Origin: Candidatus Micrarchaeota archaeon
GTDB lineage: Archaea > Micrarchaeota > Micrarchaeia > Micrarchaeales > CABMGC01
Reading direction: 5' to 3'
Length of the DNA: 38,454 bases
NCBI GenBank assembly: GCA_023256515.1
Contig: JAGDYD010000017.1
Coordinates: 1-38,454, forward strand
Position numbers and translations under genes: made by a program. This document shows, piece after piece, positions 8,238 to 18,046 of this stretch. Every line of letters starts with the position of its first letter. Position 1 is the stretch's first letter. Under the pieces are notes generated by a model, which had not been told where the DNA came from, did no database searches, and worked only from the letters and a program-made list of their open reading frames with translations.

Positions 8238-8681
8238 TCAAGCATTTGCTTTCTCTACCACTCTAGCCGTATTTGATTTTGTTGTAACTGGTATTGGCAC
8301 AGCAACATCCATAAGCTCTACTGTTATCTCATCTTTTGTCTGATCAATCTTTATAACCTTTGCTTTGTAGCCTTTGAAAGGTCCTGAAAGGAATTCGACT
8401 ATATCATTAACACTTATCTCTTGTGCACTCTTCTTGGTCTCTAGCATAGCATTTAGCTCAGCCTCGCTTAGAGGCTTTGGAAGCATTCCCTTTACATGAG
8501 GCTCATTCATTATCAAATCCCTGCATGCAACCTCATTCTCAGCCTCTACTATAATGTAGCCTCTCATTCCTTCTACAAGCACTATTGAGTATATGGGCAG
8601 ATTTGTCTTCATTACCTTGCTTTCTAATATATCTACTGTTATCTTCTCTTGGCTTGATGTAACCCTTATTACAAAATACAT
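8238..8681 (-). CDS. spt5: Transcription elongation factor Spt5/NusG
   Basis: NGN domain (RGYIIVEA) plus KOW motif (SGPFKG); adjacent to uL11. Confidence 0.93.
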   Translation of the reverse strand: MYFVIRVTSSQEKITVDILESKVMKTNLPIYSIVLVEGMRGYIIVEAENEVACRDLIMNEPHVKGMLPKPLSEAELNAMLETKKSAQEISVNDIVEFLSGPFKGYKAKVIKIDQTKDEITVELMDVAVPIPVTTKSNTARVVEKANA

Positions 8682-8737
8682 AATTCCAACCCGTTATATA
8701 TTTTAAACTTCAATTTTTAAAACTATACTATGATTTT

Positions 8738-9751
8738 ATGAAATGCTTAATCGTAAACAAGGAAAGTGCAGAAAAGGCAAGAAAGTACCTTTTAAGGTAC
8801 GGACTGCTCAAAAAAGGATATAAAGTATTTAGTAAAGAATCTTTTATATATTTTCCTATTTCTGGCATTAGCGAAGAGGTTAAGAGGCTTGCCCAGTTTG
8901 GCACTATTGGAGATGCAAAATTTGAGAAGATAAAGACAAATAAAAATTATAAGGAAGAGCTTGAAAAGATTATAAGCTCAAGCGAAAGCGCATCAAAAGG
9001 CTATGACCTGCTAGGGGATATTGCAATAATAGATGCAGATCCAAAGACAGCAAGAAAAATGGCAAAGCTGCTTTTAGAGTCGAACAAGAACATAAAGACA
9101 GTTCTTAGAAAGGCAAGCGCAGTCAAAGGGCTATATAGAAAGAGGAGCTATGCTTATGTTATGGGGAAGAGGAATTATATAGCCCATTATAAAGAAAATG
9201 GCGCAATATTCGAATTTGATGTTAGGAAAGTTTTCTTTTCGCCAAGGCTTTCTTATGAGAGGCAGAGGATAGCTAGCATGGTTAAAAATGGGGAAAATGT
9301 AATGGTGATGTTTGCAGGGGTTGGCCCTTTTGCAATAGAGATAGCAAAGAAAGCCCCTAAATCGAAAGTCGTTGCAATAGAGTTGAACAAATATGGCTAC
9401 AAATATATGCTGAAGAATATAGAATTGAACAAAGTCAAAAACGTAATACCTATACTCGGCGATGTTAAAAAGATGGCTATTAAATACAAGAACTTTGCAG
9501 ATAGAATTGTGATGCCTTTGCCCAAAGAAGCCCATCATTTCTTGGATAGCGCATACATTGTCGCAAAGAAAAAAGCAATAGTGCATTATTACTCTTTTGT
9601 AGATAAAGAAAAAGAATTTGAAGCAGAGCAGATGATAAAAGAATTTTTTGAAAAATACGGGGCTAAGGTTAAAATAATAAATAAAAGGGTTGTAAGACCT
9701 TATTCCGCAAAAGAGGTAGAGGTTGTGATTGATTTCTCAATAGCAAAATAA
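8738..9751 (+). CDS. trm5: Trm5/Met-10-like tRNA (G37) SAM-dependent methyltransferase
   Basis: GDIAII, YKENG, FFSPRLSYER, MFAGVGPFAI, DRIVMPLP. Confidence 0.82.
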   Translation: MKCLIVNKESAEKARKYLLRYGLLKKGYKVFSKESFIYFPISGISEEVKRLAQFGTIGDAKFEKIKTNKNYKEELEKIISSSESASKGYDLLGDIAIIDADPKTARKMAKLLLESNKNIKTVLRKASAVKGLYRKRSYAYVMGKRNYIAHYKENGAIFEFDVRKVFFSPRLSYERQRIASMVKNGENVMVMFAGVGPFAIEIAKKAPKSKVVAIELNKYGYKYMLKNIELNKVKNVIPILGDVKKMAIKYKNFADRIVMPLPKEAHHFLDSAYIVAKKKAIVHYYSFVDKEKEFEAEQMIKEFFEKYGAKVKIINKRVVRPYSAKEVEVVIDFSIAK

Positions 9752-9780
9752 TTTTATATTTAGGTCTCTATGTTTATTGA

Positions 9781-10530
9781 GTGGTCAAATTGAAAGCACA
9801 AAGTGCTGTAGAATTCATGACGACATATGCATGGGCATTCTTAATAATAACCTTGTTTATCTCTATTGTAGTACTTCTTGTTACAATAAAAAATCCACAA
9901 GAATATACTCCATCATCATGCTACATAAGCCCGGAATTGCTATGCACACAATCATTGTTTTCTACTAATTCAACAGCCAGCACATTTGCAATACTTTTCA
10001 TAAATGATCTTGGTGCTCCAATACAGTTCAATAAAACCTCTTTCTATGTTTATTCACCCTATCTAAATACATCTTACCCTGGAAACTGCTTGCCATCTTA
10101 CCTACCTAAAAGGGGCGTTGCCACATGCATATCTAAAATACCCCATAGCTACTCAGTTGGTGTTCAGGTAAATCCAAATTTTGTAGTGCGTTATTCTGTT
10201 TGTCCTCCTCAAGGCATTTGCAGCGCATACCTAAACACAACAGGAGTTGCTTCTGATATAACAGTATTTAGCAAATCTGTCTTTAGCAATGTAACTTTGT
10301 TAACAAATACTGGCTCTGGAAACATCATTCTAGATGGTGTACCATACCAAAGCAATACTGTGCTATTCTTGATAAACAACCTAAAATATAGCATATATGC
10401 ACAGCCTCCACCTGGCAAATCTTTTACAAGCTGGAGTGTATCTAGCGGCATAAATATAGGCAGCACTTCTCAGCAATCCACATTTATATACACCACAACA
10501 AACGGCTATGTTGAAGCAACATTTAGTTAG
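9781..10530 (+). CDS. Class III signal-peptide (type IV pilin-like) surface protein
   Basis: KA|QSAVEF with +5 Glu, hydrophobic helix, S/T-rich Cys-containing ectodomain. Confidence 0.72.
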   Translation: MVKLKAQSAVEFMTTYAWAFLIITLFISIVVLLVTIKNPQEYTPSSCYISPELLCTQSLFSTNSTASTFAILFINDLGAPIQFNKTSFYVYSPYLNTSYPGNCLPSYLPKRGVATCISKIPHSYSVGVQVNPNFVVRYSVCPPQGICSAYLNTTGVASDITVFSKSVFSNVTLLTNTGSGNIILDGVPYQSNTVLFLINNLKYSIYAQPPPGKSFTSWSVSSGINIGSTSQQSTFIYTTTNGYVEATFS

Positions 10531-10602
10531 CCAATTATTAGCAAGAGTTAAAAATCTTTTTAGTCAAATAATAATACACTCAACGCTTACTGCGTGTTTT
10601 TT

Positions 10603-11034
10603 ATGGCAAAGAAAGAGTTAGAAAATAAACTAATAGCCGCAATTAGAGTAAGAGGCAGGGTAAATGTAAGAGAGGATATATCAAAAACTCTAGAAAGGCT
10701 AAAGCTAAATAGGGTTAATAATCTCTCTCTTATACTCGGCACAAAATCAAATATAGGTATGATACACAAATGCAATGACTATATAACATATGGAGAGATA
10801 AGCAAGGAACATTTGAAAAAGCTTTTTGAGAAAAAGGGGATACAATTAAAGGAAGAAGATATAGATTCTCTATTCAAATGCTCAAAAACCCCGAAACAGT
10901 TGGGGATAAAATTGCCGATACGCATGAGGCCTCCAAAGCATGGGTATGAGGCAATTAAAAAGAGCTTTTCAATAGGAGGTTCTCTTGGATATAGAGGCAG
11001 CAAAATAAATGAACTTATAGAAAGGATGATCTAA
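10603..11034 (+). CDS. rpmD: 50S ribosomal protein uL30 (archaeal long form)
   Basis: AAIRVRG, TLERLKL, DYITYGE, RMRPP, GGSLGYRG. Confidence 0.94.
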   Translation: MAKKELENKLIAAIRVRGRVNVREDISKTLERLKLNRVNNLSLILGTKSNIGMIHKCNDYITYGEISKEHLKKLFEKKGIQLKEEDIDSLFKCSKTPKQLGIKLPIRMRPPKHGYEAIKKSFSIGGSLGYRGSKINELIERMI

Positions 11035-11447
11035 TGGTAGTTAGACACGAAAAGAAAAATAGGAAATATCATGGCACAAGAAGCTGGGGTGCTGGAAATA
11101 TTAAAAATAGGAGAGGCGCTGGAGATAGGGGAGGAGTAGGAAGGGGAGGCAGAAAACACAAGTATACTTATCTTGTAGTTTATGAAAAAGATAAAATAGG
11201 AAAGAAAGGTTTCCACCCTTGGAAGAAAAAAGAGCTTATGGAAATAGATCTTTATCAGGTAAACAAGCTTGCTCTAGAAAAAAGCGAAGAAAAGCCCACA
11301 ATCGAATTAAAAGGATATAAAGTATTGGGAGATGGTGAGATCCAGAAGCCTATAATTATAAAAGCAGAAGGCTTTTCAAAGAAGGCTTTAGAAAAGATAA
11401 AGGAAAAAGGAGGCGAAGCCATAATTTTTGGAGAAGAAAAAGCTTAA
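11034..11447 (+). CDS. rplO: 50S ribosomal protein uL15
   Basis: RRGAGDRGGVGRGG, KVLGDG, FSKKALEKI. Confidence 0.95.
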   Translation: MVVRHEKKNRKYHGTRSWGAGNIKNRRGAGDRGGVGRGGRKHKYTYLVVYEKDKIGKKGFHPWKKKELMEIDLYQVNKLALEKSEEKPTIELKGYKVLGDGEIQKPIIIKAEGFSKKALEKIKEKGGEAIIFGEEKA

Positions 11448-11486
11448 AATTTGAACTATTATTAGCTAATCAATTAAACTGGTTTC

Positions 11487-12653
11487 ATGGATAAACTGAA
11501 CATTGCTTTCTATTCAGACACTTATCTTCCAGCTGTTGATGGTGTAGTAACCTCTATGCTCAATTTCAAAAAAGAGCTTGAGAGAAGAGGGCATAAGGTG
11601 CTAATAGTTGCAAGCGGGGATCCTAAATACAGCAAAAAACATTCTAATAAGGGTGTGCTTGTTGTTCCTGGAATAAGCTTCAAGCCTTATCCTCAATATA
11701 AGCTTGCATTCTTTCCTTACCATACTGCAATAAACATACAAAAGGAAGATATTGATATATTACATGCGCAAACTCCTTTCTTCATGGGCTTCACAGCTTT
11801 GACAATAGCAAGAATATTAAAGCTGCCTATAGTTGGCTCTTTCCACACATTCATAAACGATAAAAAAGTCTTGGAAACATACTATCCTAAAAATAGATTC
11901 TTAAAGAGCATTACTAGCAAGTACCTTTGGAAGTATACAAAATTCTTTTACAGAAAATGCGACATTACAATAGTTCCAACAAAAACGGTTCAAGAATTTT
12001 TGAATAAGGAAGGCCTTCAAAATATAGAGATAGTGCCAAACAGCGTAGACACTACTAAATTCAATCCAAAAGTGGATGGGAGTTATATAAGGGAGAAGCT
12101 AAAGCTCAAGAAAAAAGTTGTATTGTATGTTGGTCGCATAAGCAAGGAAAAAAGATTGGAGGTTATGCTCAAAGCAGCTAAAATACTTTCCAAGAAGAGG
12201 GACGACATATCTTATCTGATAGTTGGCCATGGCCCTGCATTAGAACAATATAAAGCACTTGTCGCAAAGATGGGCTTGTCAAATGTTGTAAAATTTGCTG
12301 GTTTCGTAAGTGATGAAGAGTTGCCTATGTATTATGCAGCATCAGACATGTTTTGCATGCCTTCCACTTTCGAGACTCAGGGGATAGTAACGTTAGAGGC
12401 AATGGCTTGTGGCAAGCCAGTTGTAGGCGCAGATTATTTAGCTTTAAAGGAAGTAATTAAAAATGGCAAAACTGGTGAAAAGTTCAAACCAGGGGATTAC
12501 CTTTCATGTGCAAGAAAAATAGAAAAGGTTTTAAATAGTTCTGAGAAATATAAAAGAAATGCTGTTGCTTTAGCAAATGAATTTTCAATACCTAAAGCAA
12601 CAGATAAATTATTAGATGTTTATAATAAAGTTTTACAAAAGGCGATTTACTGA
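11487..12653 (+). CDS. GT4-family glycosyltransferase
   Basis: SDTYLPAVDGV, VGRISKEK, ETQGIVTLEAMACG. Confidence 0.92.
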   Translation: MDKLNIAFYSDTYLPAVDGVVTSMLNFKKELERRGHKVLIVASGDPKYSKKHSNKGVLVVPGISFKPYPQYKLAFFPYHTAINIQKEDIDILHAQTPFFMGFTALTIARILKLPIVGSFHTFINDKKVLETYYPKNRFLKSITSKYLWKYTKFFYRKCDITIVPTKTVQEFLNKEGLQNIEIVPNSVDTTKFNPKVDGSYIREKLKLKKKVVLYVGRISKEKRLEVMLKAAKILSKKRDDISYLIVGHGPALEQYKALVAKMGLSNVVKFAGFVSDEELPMYYAASDMFCMPSTFETQGIVTLEAMACGKPVVGADYLALKEVIKNGKTGEKFKPGDYLSCARKIEKVLNSSEKYKRNAVALANEFSIPKATDKLLDVYNKVLQKAIY

Positions 12654-12706
12654 GCAGAGAAGAAAAGATTCAGCATGCAGATGCTAGCAATGAAGGTGCA
12701 AAAAGC

Positions 12707-13432
12707 ATGGAATCAAGCGCAGAGGCTAAAGTAGATGTTAAGGCTAAGCCTAGCCAAATAGAAGAAGCCAAAACGGCCAACGAAAACGCAGAGCCAAAAG
12801 TTTCATCAGAAACAGAAAGCAACGCAGGGAAAGAGAAGCCTTCAGACCCTAGGATAGAAGAGATTAAAAAGAGCATAGAGGAAGAAAGGAAGAAGAGGTT
12901 TGGTATAATAGATGAACTCAAAAAGCTAAGGAAAAGGCTTGGCTTTAAGAAGGCTGAGCAATCTGCTATACTCAAGCTCCTTGAATCTGAAAAGGATGAG
13001 GGCAAGAAAATAGGCTATTTGCTAAGGCTAAAAGAGAAGCTTGAGTTCAAAATAGCTACAGAAGCCTCTACATTAAATGCTGAAAAAGAGCTTATTAGGA
13101 GAATAAACGAAGTGAATGAAGAGCTCGACAAAGCAATAAAGAAGAAGAGGCTCAAAAGGCGTGCAGAAATGCTCTCTGAAGATATAGAAGAGCTAAACAA
13201 ACAGATAGAAGAAAAGGAAAAGCTTGTAAAAGAATCTGAAAAGAAATTAGATGAACTTTATGATAACCTTAGAGGGCTTATGGGCAAGAAGAAGCAGAAG
13301 CCAAAGGAGAGAAGAAGCCCTCCAAAACAGCAAGAGATAAGCCTTGCAGACATAGCTATTATAAAGGATAAGACAAATAAGAGTGGGAATAATTCTAATC
13401 CTGGTCTAAGTGACGATATAGAAAGCAATTAA
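12707..13432 (+). CDS. Coiled-coil hypothetical protein
   Basis: E/K-rich heptad pattern; SD AGGTG upstream. Confidence 0.7.
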   Translation: MESSAEAKVDVKAKPSQIEEAKTANENAEPKVSSETESNAGKEKPSDPRIEEIKKSIEEERKKRFGIIDELKKLRKRLGFKKAEQSAILKLLESEKDEGKKIGYLLRLKEKLEFKIATEASTLNAEKELIRRINEVNEELDKAIKKKRLKRRAEMLSEDIEELNKQIEEKEKLVKESEKKLDELYDNLRGLMGKKKQKPKERRSPPKQQEISLADIAIIKDKTNKSGNNSNPGLSDDIESN

Positions 13433-13442
13433 AGGTGTTTTT

Positions 13443-14753
13443 TTGAAATTAAAATTCTACGGTGCTGCCCATGAAGTTGGGCGCAGCTGCATCCTAGTTG
13501 AAAGTGGCAATACAAAAGTTCTTTTGGATTGTGGCGTAAAATTGGGAGAGAAAGAGGAATATCCTCTAATAAGCGATGAAGAGCTAAAGAATATAGATGC
13601 AATAATAATAACGCATGCGCATCTTGACCATGTTGGCTATGTGCCTCATGTTTTTTCTACAGGCTGGACTGGGCATGTATACTCTACAAAGCCAACCTTT
13701 GAATTATCTAATGTGCTTATAAGCGATTATATAAGAATATCTAATCCTAGCAACATAACTAAAGAAGGGCTTGCGCGCATGCAAAGGGGCTTCAAACTCA
13801 TGGAGTACCATAAGGAGTTCCAAATAAAAGACATTAAAGTAAGGCTGATACCTGCTGGACATATACTGGGCAGTGCGCTTATAGAGATAAGTGCAGAAGG
13901 GAAGAAGCTCATATATACTGGAGATATAAACCTAAGGAAAACAAGGCTTCTAGATTCTGCGCATATAGAGCATCTGCATGGAGAGATATTGCTTACAGAG
14001 AGCACATATGGCGGCGACAATGACTCATTTCCTCCAGAAAGGGAGCAGCTTAGCAAGATGCTTCAGAGCATAAAAGAGACAATACAGAAAGGAGGCAAGA
14101 TAATAATACCAAGCTTTGCTGTTGGAAGGGCCCAAGAAGTCCTTTTCATATTAGATGATTATATAAGATCTGGGCTTTTGCCTAAAGTGCCGATATATGT
14201 AGATGGCATGATAAACAAGGCTATGAGGATACACAGGCACAATGTCATATACTGCAGGGATGAGCTCCAAAAGAGGATACTTATGAGCGAAGATGATCCT
14301 TTCAAAAGTAAGAATTTCCATATAATAGATACCAAGAAAAGCAGGAGCAGGGCAATAAACGAGCAGGAAGCAGGAATAATAGTTACAACAAGTGGGATGA
14401 TGACAGGAGGTCCTGTAATGAAATATGTGGAAAGGCTTGGAGGCGATCCAAACAACAAGCTTATACTTGTTGGCTACCAGGCAGAAGGGACCCCAGGAAG
14501 GGCTCTTGCAGAAGGAGCCAAGGAATTAGAGATAAATGGCAAGAAAGTAGAAATAAAGATGGCTGTTGAGCTTTATCATTTATCAGCCCATGCTGATAGG
14601 CCTCAGCTTCAGAAGCTTGTAAGCAGCATAATAGGCTTGAAGAAAGTGTTTGTAATTCACGGAGAAGAGGGCAAAAGCGAGCAGTTTGCACGCTATTTAT
14701 CAAGCAAATATGAAGCATATGTGCCAAAGCTTGAAGAAGAATTTATTGTGTAA
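13443..14753 (+). CDS. Metallo-beta-lactamase/beta-CASP ribonuclease (aCPSF-like, no KH domains)
   Basis: HAHLDH, AGHILGS, YTGD, ESTYG, SAHAD, HGE motifs; TTG start after AGGTG. Confidence 0.92.
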   Translation: MKLKFYGAAHEVGRSCILVESGNTKVLLDCGVKLGEKEEYPLISDEELKNIDAIIITHAHLDHVGYVPHVFSTGWTGHVYSTKPTFELSNVLISDYIRISNPSNITKEGLARMQRGFKLMEYHKEFQIKDIKVRLIPAGHILGSALIEISAEGKKLIYTGDINLRKTRLLDSAHIEHLHGEILLTESTYGGDNDSFPPEREQLSKMLQSIKETIQKGGKIIIPSFAVGRAQEVLFILDDYIRSGLLPKVPIYVDGMINKAMRIHRHNVIYCRDELQKRILMSEDDPFKSKNFHIIDTKKSRSRAINEQEAGIIVTTSGMMTGGPVMKYVERLGGDPNNKLILVGYQAEGTPGRALAEGAKELEINGKKVEIKMAVELYHLSAHADRPQLQKLVSSIIGLKKVFVIHGEEGKSEQFARYLSSKYEAYVPKLEEEFIV

Positions 14754-14770
14754 AAGGCTAAGTGATAGGT

Positions 14771-14840
14771 TTTTATATATTTTCTAATATAATATCTTAA
14801 AGCTTGTTTTCCCGCAAGCACTGCAATTTTGCAGGAGGGG
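14771..14840 (+). promoter_or_regulatory. TATA box plus structured leader with putative uL1-binding site over the SD
   Basis: TTTTATATA at 14771; CC-CGCAAGCA-CTGCAA-TT-TTGCAG-GAG-GG at 14811-14840. Confidence 0.5.
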
Positions 14841-14846
14841 TGTTTT

Positions 14847-15482
14847 ATGCTAGAGGATAAGTTTGAGGAATTTTCAAAATTCCTTTCAGAGGAAAAAGGC
14901 AAAAGAAAGTTCAAGCAGAGCGTTGAGCTGGCAATAAACTTCAAAGGAATTGATTTTTCCAAGCAGGATAATAGGCTAAACATGGAGATAATACTGCCAT
15001 ATAGCAAAGGCAAAGTGGGAAAAGCAGCTATATTTGCAACAGATAGGAATTTCATAACAAAAGCTCAGCAGCTTGGAGTAGAGGTTTTAGATGGCACAAA
15101 GATAGATTCTATAGCAAACGACAAGGAAAAGCTAAATTCACTTCTCAATTATGAGCTTCTTTCGCAGCCAAACCTGATGCCTGAGATAGCAAAGAAGCTT
15201 GGTCAATTCTTGGGCCCTAGGAATAAAATGCCAAAGCCAGTATTCAGCCCAGAAGAGCTTGAGAAGTTTGTATCCAACATTTCAAAAAGGATAACAATAA
15301 AGAGCAAAGGAAGGTTCTTGCCTACAGTCCATTGTGTGGTGGGAAGCGAAGACATGAAACCTGAAGAGATATTTGAGAACATAAAAGAAGTAATAAACAA
15401 CATATCAAAGAAAGTAAGTCCAAACCATCTTAAATCAATTTATGTTAAGCTTAGCATGAGCAAGCCTTTGAGGCTATTGTAG
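14847..15482 (+). CDS. rplA: 50S ribosomal protein uL1
   Basis: KRKFKQSVEL, LGQFLGPRNKMPKP, HCVVG, KLSMSKP. Confidence 0.95.
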   Translation: MLEDKFEEFSKFLSEEKGKRKFKQSVELAINFKGIDFSKQDNRLNMEIILPYSKGKVGKAAIFATDRNFITKAQQLGVEVLDGTKIDSIANDKEKLNSLLNYELLSQPNLMPEIAKKLGQFLGPRNKMPKPVFSPEELEKFVSNISKRITIKSKGRFLPTVHCVVGSEDMKPEEIFENIKEVINNISKKVSPNHLKSIYVKLSMSKPLRLL

Positions 15483-15490
15483 TGATTTTT

Positions 15491-16330
15491 ATGCCTATGC
15501 TGAAAAAAGAGAAGATAGAGCTTGTAAATAAGATTAAAGAAGAGCTTAAGGAGTATAAGACAGTAGGCGTTATGCCTATTGACTCAATACCTGACAGGCT
15601 GCTTCAAAAAGTAAGAAATTCAATGAGGGAAGAAACAAAAATAATATTTGCAAGGAAGAATCTTTTGCTAAAGGCTCTTGAATCCTCTCCAGAATTATCA
15701 AAGCTTTCACAATATGTTTCAGGCAATACTGTACTTGTTTTGTCAAATAAGGATCCTATTGAGCTTTATAATGAGATTAAATCAAACAAGCTAAAGTTAG
15801 CTGCTAAGCCAAATCAGATAGCTCCCAATGACATAGTTGTAGAGGCTGGGGAAACAAGCATACCTCCAGGCCAAGGAGTTACAGACCTTAAGGCTGCAGG
15901 AATAGATGTACAGATACAAAAAGGCAAGGTGGTAATATCAAAAAGCAAAGTGCTTGTGCCTAAAGGCTCCAAAATATCTGTAGCTGTTTCAAAGGCTTTA
16001 AGGATGCTTGACATATTGCCTTTTGAGGTTGCTCCAGAGCTTGCAGGAGCAGTATATGAAAATATCTTGTTTACAAAAGAAGTGTTTAGCATAAACAGAG
16101 AAAGCGTAATGAGAGACATAGCAATAGCTTTTGCACAGGCATACAACCTTACAATAGAAGCTGGCTATGTTACAGAATACAATGTAAATGCACTGATAAG
16201 GAAAGCATATCTCTCTGCTTTGGGCCTTGGACTTGCAGCAAACATATATGAGCCTGAAGTGGTGGAGAAGCTTTTAGCAAAAGCTGTTGCAGAAGCCCTT
16301 AATATAAAGCTTAGCGCTAATGTTGAATGA
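15491..16330 (+). CDS. rplJ: 50S ribosomal protein uL10 (P0)
   Basis: ARKNLL, AAKPNQIAP, ETSIPPG, IQKGKVVI; lies between uL1 and P1. Confidence 0.93.
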   Translation: MPMLKKEKIELVNKIKEELKEYKTVGVMPIDSIPDRLLQKVRNSMREETKIIFARKNLLLKALESSPELSKLSQYVSGNTVLVLSNKDPIELYNEIKSNKLKLAAKPNQIAPNDIVVEAGETSIPPGQGVTDLKAAGIDVQIQKGKVVISKSKVLVPKGSKISVAVSKALRMLDILPFEVAPELAGAVYENILFTKEVFSINRESVMRDIAIAFAQAYNLTIEAGYVTEYNVNALIRKAYLSALGLGLAANIYEPEVVEKLLAKAVAEALNIKLSANVE

Positions 16331-16348
16331 TTTAAGAGGTGAAAAGAG

Positions 16349-16651
16349 ATGGAATATATATATGCTGCACTTTTGCTTGATGCAGCTGGAAAAGAGATAA
16401 ACGAGAAAGACCTCATGGAAGTAGTAAAGGCTGCTGGAATACAGCCAGACGAAGCAAGGGCAAAGGCTGTAGTTGCATCATTAAAAGGAGTAAACATAAA
16501 AGAGATAATAAAGAATGCACAGAACATACAAGTAGCTCCTCAAGGTGCACCTCAGCAGCAAGAGGCAAAGAAGGAAGAAAAGAAAGAGGAGAAGGAAGAA
16601 AAGAAGAGTGAAGAAGAAGCTGCTGGCGGACTAGCTAGCCTCTTTGGCTGA
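16349..16651 (+). CDS. rpl12: 50S ribosomal stalk protein P1 (aL12)
   Basis: [10 protein letters not shown] start, acidic hinge, GLASLFG end; SD GAGGTGA. Confidence 0.97.
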   Translation: MEYIYAALLLDAAGKEINEKDLMEVVKAAGIQPDEARAKAVVASLKGVNIKEIIKNAQNIQVAPQGAPQQQEAKKEEKKEEKEEKKSEEEAAGGLASLFG

Positions 16652-16654
16652 CCT

Positions 16655-18046
16655 ATGCAAGAATATGAGGGGATTGCAGATTATGCAATCTCCTACGGTC
16701 TCAAGCAAGGCTTTGATTACGTAGAGGCTTATCTAGAGTCTGGAGGGTCTTTTTCCTATTCAAGGAAGCAAGGCAATCCAAATAGTTCTTACAAATCAAA
16801 ATATTCTGGCATAAGGCTAAGGCTAATAAAGAAGGGGAGCCTCTATACTTATTCTACAAACATCATAAGCAAAGAAAGGATAAAAGAAGCCTTCAAATTT
16901 TCAGGATTCAAGGGAGAAAAAGTAGGTCTCTCTGAAGAAAAAGCAGAAAAATACAGCTATAAGGTAAAAGAAAGGATAAAGGTAGAAGATTCTTATGAAA
17001 GCGCAGTAAAGGATGTAGAAGAGCTTGACAAGTCTTTGAATGGATTAGCATATAGATCTATTAGCATAAGCTTGGGAAAATACGAAAACCTTTTTGTAAA
17101 TTCAGAAGGTAGCAGGGTATATAGCGAGATACCTTATATCTCATCTTTTATACTAATTATAGTAAAAGATGCAAATGACAGCAGGCAAAAGCTAATACAG
17201 CTAGGCAATACTGGTGGTTATGAGGTTTTCAAATGGGAAGAGATAAGAGATAATATTGAGGAAGAAATAAATTCTCTCAAAAAGGTTTTGAAAGAAGGAA
17301 TAAGCCTTAGTAAATCTCAAATTAATGGTATAAAGAACGTAGTCGCTTCTTCAGAGATAATTGGTATAGCAGTTCATGAAAGCATTGGGCATCCGCTTGA
17401 AGCAGATAGGGTTTTTGGAAGAGAAGCAGCACAGGCAGGCACAAGCTATCTAATGCCTAGTAATCTAGGCTTGAAGATAGGAAGTAAAGAGGTAAATATA
17501 TTCGATGATCCAACAATAAAAAATTCTTATGGCTTCTTCTTATACGATGAAGAAGGTGTAAAAGCAAGGAAAAAGCAATTAGTAAAAAAAGGCATTCAAA
17601 ATGAGCTTTTGCTGAATAGAGAGTATGCTAAAGCATTAGGCACAAAAAGCAACGCTTCTTCAAGAAGCGATTTTTACTCAAACGAGCCAATAATAAGAAT
17701 GTCGAATACATACCTTGAAAAAGGCAAAGCTGATTTTGAAGAATTGATAAGCGAGGCAAAGAATGGGATTTACATAAAGAGTTTTACTGAATGGAATATA
17801 GATGATACAAGGAGCTTTGCAAGGTATCAGGGCAATGAGGCTTATATAATAAAAAATGGAGATATAGAAAAGCCTGTTAAGAACTACAAGCTTGAAAAGT
17901 CTACCTTTGATTTTTGGAGCTCAGTTTATCTGCTTGGGAATGATTTCAATTTGTATGCAGGCACATGTGGCAAAGGCGAGCCGCAGCAAGGCGTACCAGT
18001 AATGCACGGAGGCCCATCTGCCTTGCTCAAATTCGGTGGTAAATAA
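16655..18046 (+). CDS. tldD: TldD-family metalloprotease
   Basis: HESIGHPLEADR (HExxxH), YDEEG, RMSNT, GTCGK. Confidence 0.9.
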   Translation: MQEYEGIADYAISYGLKQGFDYVEAYLESGGSFSYSRKQGNPNSSYKSKYSGIRLRLIKKGSLYTYSTNIISKERIKEAFKFSGFKGEKVGLSEEKAEKYSYKVKERIKVEDSYESAVKDVEELDKSLNGLAYRSISISLGKYENLFVNSEGSRVYSEIPYISSFILIIVKDANDSRQKLIQLGNTGGYEVFKWEEIRDNIEEEINSLKKVLKEGISLSKSQINGIKNVVASSEIIGIAVHESIGHPLEADRVFGREAAQAGTSYLMPSNLGLKIGSKEVNIFDDPTIKNSYGFFLYDEEGVKARKKQLVKKGIQNELLLNREYAKALGTKSNASSRSDFYSNEPIIRMSNTYLEKGKADFEELISEAKNGIYIKSFTEWNIDDTRSFARYQGNEAYIIKNGDIEKPVKNYKLEKSTFDFWSSVYLLGNDFNLYAGTCGKGEPQQGVPVMHGGPSALLKFGGK

